Positions 56,182 to 62,824 of a stretch of 64,000 nucleotides of DNA are shown one piece after another. Source of the stretch: Candidatus Gastranaerophilales bacterium. Its GTDB lineage: Bacteria > Cyanobacteriota > Vampirovibrionia > Gastranaerophilales > Gastranaerophilaceae. Where the stretch lies: the NCBI GenBank assembly GCA_905234865.1, contig CAJOJE010000001.1, positions 114,021-178,020 of the forward strand, read 5' to 3'. Within the stretch, counting starts at the first letter, position 1. Every line of letters starts with the position of its first letter. The notes under the pieces are model-generated. The model saw only the letters and a list, made by a program, of their open reading frames with translations, had not been told where the DNA came from and did not search any database. The position numbers were made by a program, and so were the translations under genes.

Positions 56182-57880
56182 AAAGCAGTTTGTACTCCTT
56201 TGTTTGCTTAAACTGTTCTATCCACTCATCTTGCGGATTATGGATTATTAAGTATTCATATTTATCAGCATTATTTTTAAACATCTTTTGAACACCATTT
56301 AAACGGGTATTAAACACTTCTTGAAGAGGTAAATCTAAAGATTGTGTTTCTATTTTTGTTTCCAAGAGTTTTATATCTTCTGTTTCCAGATATTTTTTGA
56401 CAGATTCTACAGTTTTCTTTTTTAATTGCCGTTGCCTTACAATCTTCTGCTTATAATCCTCATAGTCTTTGACGTCGCCAAGTAATTTTACCATCGGATG
56501 CGTTTCAGTTACACGTTCTGCTGTGCATAAATATTCGCCTTTTGGGGTGAAAACCTTAATGTTTGTAATGTCAAATAAGTTATATTTAATTAGTACTTTA
56601 CTTTTAAATCCGTATAATCTTTCATCGAAATAATCGCAGTTTAAAAATCTGATTCCATTTCTTTGAATTGTTTTGACTTCGGTTGCAAGCATTAAATCGT
56701 CAAGAGTATCAATATCAATATTCTGCCGTTTTCTTTCAGATAAAACTTCTGTGATTGTTTTATCCGGAGCATTTGGGCAGGGTTGAGAATTCTTAAAACT
56801 TAACCACATATCAATCATGTTTATTGTTTCATCTATTGTTGGGATATATTCATTATGAAGATTTTTGTGAAATTTTTCATTTCGCATCATATATGCCGGC
56901 TTATTATTTATTGATGAACCTATATAACTTGGCAATAATTTTTCAAATCCTTCCTGAAATTCTTTAAAAAATCTTTCAATAACTTTTGCTCTTGCATTGT
57001 ATGGTCTTGCAAAGACTGTTTCTATTCCGAGTTTTGAATACAATCCCTGAAATCCTAATTCAGTAAATCCTTTATCATCAGTAAAATACTTAGCTCTAAA
57101 AGCTCTGCCGTTATCCTGATATACAACTTTCGGTATCATATCAAGATTGATTATTGAATTACGCAAAGCACTTGCAATACATTGTGTATTTTCTTCAAGC
57201 ATTATTTCATAACCGACTAATGCTGTTGATTTCCAATCCAAAAAGCCAACAAGAGTTGCTCTGCATGGTTTTCCTGTAAACGGATTTATTACCTGAAACG
57301 CTAATTTATGCCCATCAGCGACAAGAATATCCCCGACTTCAAGCAGACTTGCATCACGTTTTATATATGGTTCAACTTTGTCAGAAAGTGCTTTTTCTCC
57401 ATCACGTGCAAGTATCCATTTATCATAATTGTTATTTTTAAACCATTTTGCATATCTTCTGAATGTAATATCAGTTGGAATAAAGTTCTGTCCTTGTTCT
57501 TTTAATTTGTATTTCGTAAGAGCAATTGCTTTTCCAATAGACAATCTATTGGGGTGCAAAAGTAATCCCATAAATATTTTTATTTCGTCATCATTAAGTA
57601 CGGTTCTGTAATCATTAACACTACTATATTTATACTGTGGCAATAACTTCGTATAATCTTCTATTCCGTTTAACATTGCATACCAACGATGCAAACTGCC
57701 GCGAGATATTTTACCTATAATCTCAAACAAGTGTGAATTTGAAGTATTATACAATTTTACAAAATCATAATCAGCTTGAAGTTTGTTTTTTGATTTCTTC
57801 CTGAACTCAAGCCACTGATGAACTACATCAAGTCTTGCTAAAGCGATTTGTTTACATTTTTCGGGAGTAAATTCTGCCAT
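56174..57880 (-). CDS. DDE transposase, MuA/TnsB/TniA-like (rve core)
   Basis: Start placed at MAEFTPEK, preceded by AAGGAG. DDE candidates are VADGHKL, YQDNGRAF and AKVIERFF. N-terminal HTH region and a Mu-transposase-like C-terminal beta domain. Confidence 0.88.
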   Translation of the reverse strand: MAEFTPEKCKQIALARLDVVHQWLEFRKKSKNKLQADYDFVKLYNTSNSHLFEIIGKISRGSLHRWYAMLNGIEDYTKLLPQYKYSSVNDYRTVLNDDEIKIFMGLLLHPNRLSIGKAIALTKYKLKEQGQNFIPTDITFRRYAKWFKNNNYDKWILARDGEKALSDKVEPYIKRDASLLEVGDILVADGHKLAFQVINPFTGKPCRATLVGFLDWKSTALVGYEIMLEENTQCIASALRNSIINLDMIPKVVYQDNGRAFRAKYFTDDKGFTELGFQGLYSKLGIETVFARPYNARAKVIERFFKEFQEGFEKLLPSYIGSSINNKPAYMMRNEKFHKNLHNEYIPTIDETINMIDMWLSFKNSQPCPNAPDKTITEVLSERKRQNIDIDTLDDLMLATEVKTIQRNGIRFLNCDYFDERLYGFKSKVLIKYNLFDITNIKVFTPKGEYLCTAERVTETHPMVKLLGDVKDYEDYKQKIVRQRQLKKKTVESVKKYLETEDIKLLETKIETQSLDLPLQEVFNTRLNGVQKMFKNNADKYEYLIIHNPQDEWIEQFKQTKEYKLLYE

Positions 57881-58080
57881 GTGTATGCTCCTTTGCATAC
57901 ACATTAATCGCTCTTTGTTACGGAAACATCAAGTCCTAAATCTCTTTTCCGCCTGTCAAATCAAAGATTTGAAACGGCGGCATCGTAGTGTTTCGTGCCC
58001 TGCTCGTCTTGCCCTACAGCAAGCCGACACCGGCACTTCACACCGGCTCACGCATCTTAATCTCAGAGACATTTCGACAC

Positions 58081-58240
58081 ATATCAAAATGCAAGATAAT
58101 TTATTTTTGCACTATATTGCACTATTCTGCACTCAAAAAATATCAAACACCAAGCGAGATAGATGCTGAAACGAGTTCAGCATGACTAAATATCAGTGCA
58201 AAATGGTGCAAAAATCAGGACAAAAGTGCAAGAATAGTCC
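58081..58240. repeat. phased array of AGTGCA/TGCACT hexamer repeats around a central hairpin
   Basis: TGCACT at 58108, 58118 and 58128, and GTGCAA at 58197, 58207 and 58227, all on a 10-bp register, plus TGCAAG at 58090. Hairpin ATGCTGAA/TTCAGCAT at 58163-58183. Confidence 0.7.
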
Positions 58241-58343
58241 GGTACATCTTAAGACTATAAACCTGCCTCTATCGCCCTAAAATTAGGCATACTTACAACA
58301 AAACTCCCATCCAAACAGTCCGGAAAGGTTATACCTCCTTACT

Positions 58344-58370
58344 AAAAAACCCGCTATACTAAGCGGGTTT
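58344..58370 (-). terminator. rho-independent terminator after tRNA-Leu
   Basis: CCCGCT / AGCGGG stem followed by T6 on the minus strand. Confidence 0.7.
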
Positions 58371-58374
58371 AAAT

Positions 58375-58461
58375 TGCCCTGGGCCGGACTTGAACCGGCA
58401 CGAGGGTATTAGCCTCATTGGATTTTAAGTCCAACGTGTCTACCGATTTCACCACCAGGGC
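58375..58461 (-). tRNA. tRNA-Leu (anticodon UAA)
   Basis: The reverse complement begins GCCCUGGUGGUGAAAUCGGUAGACAC. Anticodon stem UUGGA/UCCAA with loop CUUAAAA, a long variable arm, and a GGUUCAAGUCC T-arm. Confidence 0.9.
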
Positions 58462-58482
58462 AGACAGACACTTTATATTTAT

Positions 58483-58510
58483 ATTTTATACAATCAATTT
58501 AAAATGTCAA
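58483..58510 (-). promoter_or_regulatory. sigma70-type promoter for tRNA-Leu
   Basis: Minus strand reads TTGACA-N16-TAAAAT, about 22 nt upstream of the tRNA 5-prime end. Confidence 0.5.
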
Positions 58511-58514
58511 AAAG

Positions 58515-58721
58515 TTATTTTTGAGATTCGATTAAATCATTGATTTCTTGCACCATAACGTCAGGATTAACTCCATGAACCTTGGCTCCTGCTTCTAAAT
58601 TTTCAAATCTCGCAGCAGCACAACCTATGCAGCCCAATCCGTATTTTTGGAATATTTCAAGAGATTCGGGATGTTCTTGAACTACTTCGATTATGCTCAT
58701 ATCTTTTGTTACTTTACCCAT
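58515..58721 (-). CDS. DUF1858 / hybrid-cluster-protein-associated redox disulfide protein
   Basis: Start placed at MGKVTKDM. Typical ..IIEVVQEHPESLEIFQKYGLGCIGC.. motif. Confidence 0.7.
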   Translation of the reverse strand: MGKVTKDMSIIEVVQEHPESLEIFQKYGLGCIGCAAARFENLEAGAKVHGVNPDVMVQEINDLIESQK

Positions 58722-58875
58722 GATTTTTGCCTTTTCTATTCTTAACATTAAGATTATACTATGAAAAAATTAAAATCAATGAAATATTTTAGAGAATATT
58801 CTCCGATTGGCGTCGCAGGGATAAATAGAGCAATCCGCCTCGAAAAAATTACTTTTCATCCGATAGAAATTACGT

Positions 58876-59385
58876 TTATTGATCGGATTCATAGTTTTTA
58901 TCAATCAATTTTGCAAAATCGGAAGGCTTGATATCTTTGATAAAATTTCTAAATTCTTGAGCTTCTTCTTCATCTTTATCTTTATCAACGGAAACCGCAC
59001 CATCCATAATAACTCCGGCTGCAACAAAAATCGGTGCCGAAGCTCTAATTGCAATTGCAATGGCATCTGACGGTCTTGCATCGATTTCTATTTCTTTACC
59101 GTCTTTATCGATTAAAAAGATAGAAGAAAAATATGTTTGCTCATCAACGTCATTTATTTCAATCCTGTCAATTCTTGCACCGGTTTGATTTGCAAAATTA
59201 ATAAATAAATCATGAGTCAGGGGTCTTGTTGACGGAATATTTTCAATTTTTCTGATAATGGAACTGGCTTCGGCGGAGCCTATCCAAATCGGAAGTGCTT
59301 TTCTGTTTTCACTGTCGTTTAAAACTATAATCGGGGAACCGTTTCTGGTATCTATTGCAATTCCCATAACTTTCATTTCAATCAT
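58876..59385 (-). CDS. bifunctional nuclease (BFN) family protein
   Basis: ..PIIVLNDSENRKALPIWIGSAEASSI...TRPLTHDL...ARPSDAIAIAIRASAPIFV.. matches the BFN domain pattern. Confidence 0.8.
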   Translation of the reverse strand: MIEMKVMGIAIDTRNGSPIIVLNDSENRKALPIWIGSAEASSIIRKIENIPSTRPLTHDLFINFANQTGARIDRIEINDVDEQTYFSSIFLIDKDGKEIEIDARPSDAIAIAIRASAPIFVAAGVIMDGAVSVDKDKDEEEAQEFRNFIKDIKPSDFAKLIDKNYESDQ

Positions 59386-59487
59386 TTTAAACTCCTCTGT
59401 TGATTATAAAAATATTCTACACCAAAAACCCCGCCTTATAAAGACGGAGTTTTGTTTTGTATATGTATATGTATGTTAGTTTTGATT

Positions 59488-60858
59488 TTACCAAATGAAA
59501 TCTACAAATGAATCCCAAGCGCTTGATATGCCGTCGCCTAACCATGAGAAGAAACTGCCTATTCCGTTCATACAGCTTCTGATAAGGCCGGGTTTATCTG
59601 CTTTACAACCGAGAGTTTGAATTGCTTCTTCTCTGGTGCAGCCTGTGGATTTTCTTAAAGCAAATATTTTTGCTTCATCTTCATCAGAGTATTTGTCCGG
59701 TTCTTTAGCGAGTTCTTCAGGTACCTCATATCCTAAAGATTTCAAGTATTCAACCGCTTCATCTCTTTTGAAGCCGTAAATTAAAAGATTGTTTAATTTT
59801 TGTTCAATTTCCGATGTATCACCTTTAGCTTTTGCTTTAGAACCGAGTTGTTGAATTGCTTCATCTCTTGATATGCCGTATTTGTCCATCAAGAGTTGAA
59901 TTTGTTTTTCGGTACCTTCGTTATAAATACCCAGTTTTGCCTGTTCTTCGTCGCTTACGCCGTAGCCGTTAGCTTTTGTTGCTTGAAGCGCTTCGTTTAT
60001 ATTGCCGTAAACACCGGCATCAACAAGTTCTTGAAGATCTTGTGCGGTTAGCATTATTTGATTGCCGTCAGCATCGACTTTAACGGGTACCTGTCTGCCG
60101 TTTACGTTATATTGTTGCGTCGTAACGCCTTGATTAGGTCTGGTAACCACATACCCCGGACCCCAAGGATATTCGAGAAGTCCCGAAGGATTTGTACCGT
60201 TTGTTCCGTTGGTACCATTTGTACCATTTGTGCCGTTAAATCCGTTAGTGCCGTTAACGGCGTTTCTTCCCGCAATTCCGTTTAAACCGTTTGTGCCGTT
60301 AGTTCCGTTGGTTCCATTTGTGCCGTTTCTACCGTTGGTACCGTTAGTTCCGTTCAACCCGTTGGTTCCGTCGGTTCCGTTTGTGCCGTTTCTACCATTG
60401 GTACCGTTAGTTCCGTTTAAACCGTTGGTTCCGTTTGTGCCGTTTCTACCATTGGTACCGTTAGTTCCGTTAGTTCCGTTCAACCCGTTGGTTCCGTTTA
60501 AACCGTTTCTTGTAGTCGGGTTTTGAGTAATAGGGTTAGAAGAATTAGACGGTTGATTTGTTCCGTTGCCGTTATTTTGCGGTACAATTCCCGCACCGCC
60601 CGAAGTGAAATCAAATATCGTACCTGTTGTTTGATCATACCAGTTTTTTGTTGCCAAACTGTCTTGACCAAGCTGTTGAAGTTGAAAAATACCGGTATCG
60701 GTATCTTGAAGCGCATAAAATCCGCCTTGGTTATATATCGACGTAGGTGCGGTACCAACGCCCGTTGTTGTGGCATGACCTGCTTGAATACCTGCATAAC
60801 GTCCTTGAAATTTTGCTAATTCATTTGCGGTTGTAGGATTAAAAAACTCGTATCCCAT
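59488..60858 (-). CDS. collagen-like (G-T-N)n repeat protein with conserved N-terminal domain and repeated C-terminal helical motifs
   Basis: 456 aa. The first roughly 80 aa are shared with the neighbouring ORF. Residues 119-223 form 35 G-X-Y triplets. The C-terminus carries 3-4 G(I/F/C)xR(D/E)EA(I/V)xxLG motifs and a Trp/Phe-rich tail. No signal peptide. Confidence 0.7.
   Translation of the reverse strand: MGYEFFNPTTANELAKFQGRYAGIQAGHATTTGVGTAPTSIYNQGGFYALQDTDTGIFQLQQLGQDSLATKNWYDQTTGTIFDFTSGGAGIVPQNNGNGTNQPSNSSNPITQNPTTRNGLNGTNGLNGTNGTNGTNGRNGTNGTNGLNGTNGTNGRNGTNGTDGTNGLNGTNGTNGRNGTNGTNGTNGTNGLNGIAGRNAVNGTNGFNGTNGTNGTNGTNGTNPSGLLEYPWGPGYVVTRPNQGVTTQQYNVNGRQVPVKVDADGNQIMLTAQDLQELVDAGVYGNINEALQATKANGYGVSDEEQAKLGIYNEGTEKQIQLLMDKYGISRDEAIQQLGSKAKAKGDTSEIEQKLNNLLIYGFKRDEAVEYLKSLGYEVPEELAKEPDKYSDEDEAKIFALRKSTGCTREEAIQTLGCKADKPGLIRSCMNGIGSFFSWLGDGISSAWDSFVDFIW
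60190..60507 (-). repeat. 9-bp-periodic coding tandem repeat (GTN/GLN/GRN triplets)
   Basis: Seen directly as reiterated ccgtt(g/a)gt(t/a)cc-type units. The plus-strand shadow ORF 60209-60526 (VPF/VPL repeats) reflects the same periodicity. Confidence 0.85.
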
Positions 60859-60898
60859 CTTGATTCTCTCTTTCTCTAATACCCGTTTTTAAAGATGA

Positions 60899-61237
60899 TT
60901 ATTTTGCTAAATTTGCTATATCGCCGGCGGACATATTGTTTGATAAACTGTCTGAACTAAAAATGCTTGCAGAATTATTTTTAAAAGAAAATGTGTTTTT
61001 TAATGATTGACTGTACCATTCGTTGGTATTAATGCTGCTTTTACCTAATTGTTGAAGTTGAAATAAGCCTGTGTCGGTATCTTGAAGTGCATAAAATCCG
61101 CCTTGGTTAAATGCTTCCGTCGGTGCCGTTGCGGTTCCTGTTACTCTTGCATGCCCTGCCATAGAACCTATTAAAGTACCTTGAAAACGACCCAATTGGT
61201 TAGCTTTTGTGGGATCAAACATGATAAAATTGCTCAT
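60899..61237 (-). CDS. hypothetical protein, N-domain paralog of the collagen-like protein
   Basis: 112 aa. [22 protein letters not shown] is nearly identical to the neighbouring protein. Confidence 0.6.
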   Translation of the reverse strand: MSNFIMFDPTKANQLGRFQGTLIGSMAGHARVTGTATAPTEAFNQGGFYALQDTDTGLFQLQQLGKSSINTNEWYSQSLKNTFSFKNNSASIFSSDSLSNNMSAGDIANLAK

Positions 61238-61390
61238 TTATTATTTTCCTCTCAATTGTCCTCGTACAATAATAAAGAATTTATGAAAAGAAAAATTGCC
61301 TAAAATTTATAATAAAGATATATAACCCATATATAACAAGGGTTTTAGGATGTTACAAAACTTAATATAAGTTTGTGATAGATTAAAAAT

Positions 61391-62227
61391 ATGCTTAAAG
61401 GACCGTTTTTAGAGAAAAATTTCATAGGAGCAACAACAAATTACGATGAAGCCGAAATTGTTCTTATCGGCATGCCTTATGATTGCACATGTTCTAATCG
61501 TCCCGGCACTCGCTTTGCTCCACAGCAAGTAAGAGTTGAATCCGTCGGAATTGAAACTTATTCTCCGTACTTTGATTTTGATATTGCAAACAAGCCTTTT
61601 TTTGATGCGGGGGATTTGGAATTTCCTTTCGGAAACGCTGAAAAAACCTTAAAAATAATTGAAGAAAATACCGACTGTATATACAATGACGGCAAAAAAA
61701 TACTTGGCATAGGCGGAGAACATTTATTAACATTAGCGGAAATAAAAAGTATCCGCAAAAAATATAAAGACCTTGCAGTTATCCAGTTCGATGCACATAC
61801 AGATTTAAGGGAAGAATATTTGGGTGAAAAATTGACACATTCCGGTGTCATGTACAGAATTGCAAAAATTGTCGGATATGATTCTATCGCCCAAATCGGC
61901 ATTCGTTCGGGTCAAAAAGAAGAATTTGATTTCATGAATAAGTATCATACTCTTGTTAAATCGCCTCTTGAACTTGACAAATTCAAAAACAGACCCGTTT
62001 TTCTTACAATAGACGTTGATGTTTTAGACCCCTCATTAATGCCCGGTACAGGAACTCCGGAAGCGGGCGGTATGACTTATATTGAACTTATAAACATGTT
62101 AAAATGCATAAAGGATTTTAATATAATCGGCGCAGACATTATGGAGCTTGCTCCCGATATTGACCCGACAAAAGTTTCAACGGCAACCGCTTGTAAGCTT
62201 ATAAGAGAGGTTTTATCTTTTCTGTAA
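61391..62227 (+). CDS. speB: agmatinase (arginase/ureohydrolase family)
   Basis: Mn-binding blocks GGEHLLT, QFDAHTDL and DVDVLDPS..PGTGTPE. 278 aa. Confidence 0.87.
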   Translation: MLKGPFLEKNFIGATTNYDEAEIVLIGMPYDCTCSNRPGTRFAPQQVRVESVGIETYSPYFDFDIANKPFFDAGDLEFPFGNAEKTLKIIEENTDCIYNDGKKILGIGGEHLLTLAEIKSIRKKYKDLAVIQFDAHTDLREEYLGEKLTHSGVMYRIAKIVGYDSIAQIGIRSGQKEEFDFMNKYHTLVKSPLELDKFKNRPVFLTIDVDVLDPSLMPGTGTPEAGGMTYIELINMLKCIKDFNIIGADIMELAPDIDPTKVSTATACKLIREVLSFL

Positions 62228-62771
62228 AGGTATATACCTGTTTTTTTAATTCATCAATCGTGCCGTTATTTTTAATGACATAATCAGATTTATTTATTTT
62301 ATATTCTTCATTAATTTGGGCATTAATCCTTTTTATCGCTTCCGATTTGGATAAATTATTTCTTTTTTGAAGCCTGATAAGACGGAGATTTTCATTTGAT
62401 GAAACAAAAAGGATTTTATCAAAGTAAATATCGAATTTTGCCTCGAAAAGCAGGGGTACATCAACAAAAACGAAGTTTTTTTCGGTGTTTTTGTTGAAAT
62501 ATTGAAAAAGTTCATCTCTAATGAGAGGGTGTATAAAATCGTTCAAAAGCCTTAATTTATCAGGGTTTGAAAACACAATAGAAGAAATTTCCGTTTTGTT
62601 TGTTGTATAAAAATTTTCAATTAAAAAATTCCGGAATTGACGATTATTTGAATATATCTCTTTTGTGACTTCGTCTAAGCATAAAATTTTAATCGAGAGG
62701 AATTCCTCGATAAATTTTTTAACGGTTGATTTGCCCGATGCAATATTACCTGTGATTGCAAATTTTAACAT
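62199..62771 (-). CDS. coaE: dephospho-CoA kinase
   Basis: P-loop ITGNIASGKST, 190 aa, CoaE-like layout. Confidence 0.87.
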   Translation of the reverse strand: MLKFAITGNIASGKSTVKKFIEEFLSIKILCLDEVTKEIYSNNRQFRNFLIENFYTTNKTEISSIVFSNPDKLRLLNDFIHPLIRDELFQYFNKNTEKNFVFVDVPLLFEAKFDIYFDKILFVSSNENLRLIRLQKRNNLSKSEAIKRINAQINEEYKINKSDYVIKNNGTIDELKKQVYTFTEKIKPLL

Positions 62772-62824
62772 ACTTTCATATTACAACATAATTGAAGTAT
62801 AATCTAATAATTAAGGAGAAAAAA

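Larger units (their letters stand above)
54532..58301 (-). mobile_element. Mu/Tn552/Tn7-superfamily transposition module next to tRNA-Leu (ends not defined)
   Basis: Four tightly overlapping genes (transposase, ATPase, SAM-like protein, HTH) plus a repeat-rich terminal region at 58081-58240. The boundaries are uncertain. Confidence 0.5.

Noticed and set aside
57990-58040. Possible tRNA-Leu 3-prime duplication (att site): TTGCCCT-N13-ACCGGCAC occurs both here and in the tRNA-Leu gene at 58374-58401
   Set aside because: Only the two short anchors match and the 13-nt interval is unrelated. There is no long exact direct repeat, which is insufficient for an integrase att core. This is recorded in case a proper alignment says otherwise.
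57905-58080. Known housekeeping ncRNA (SRP/4.5S, 6S, RNase P, tmRNA, group II intron domains) in the GC-rich segment
   Set aside because: I could not find the hallmark motifs: no GGAAGCAGC-type SRP domain IV, no GUGYG intron start, no domain V. It needs an Rfam scan rather than inspection by eye.
57879-58185. Plus-strand ORFs of 96 and 65 aa between the transposase and the repeat array
   Set aside because: There is no RBS, the composition is Cys/His/Arg-rich and odd, and they overlap the GC-rich hairpin region. They are more likely non-coding.
58081-58240. CRISPR array
   Set aside because: The repeats are 6-10 bp hexamer cores on a 10-bp register with no spacers. No cas genes are present, and no other CRISPR-like array was seen anywhere in the window.
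60209-60526. Plus-strand ORF encoding (VPF/VPL)n
   Set aside because: It is a mirror image of the 9-bp coding repeat of the minus-strand collagen-like gene. It has no independent start context.
62199-62227. 29-nt convergent overlap of speB and coaE (and a 6-nt overlap at 32922-32927)
   Set aside because: Convergent 3-prime overlaps of this size are common in compact genomes. There is no evidence of a special regulatory role.
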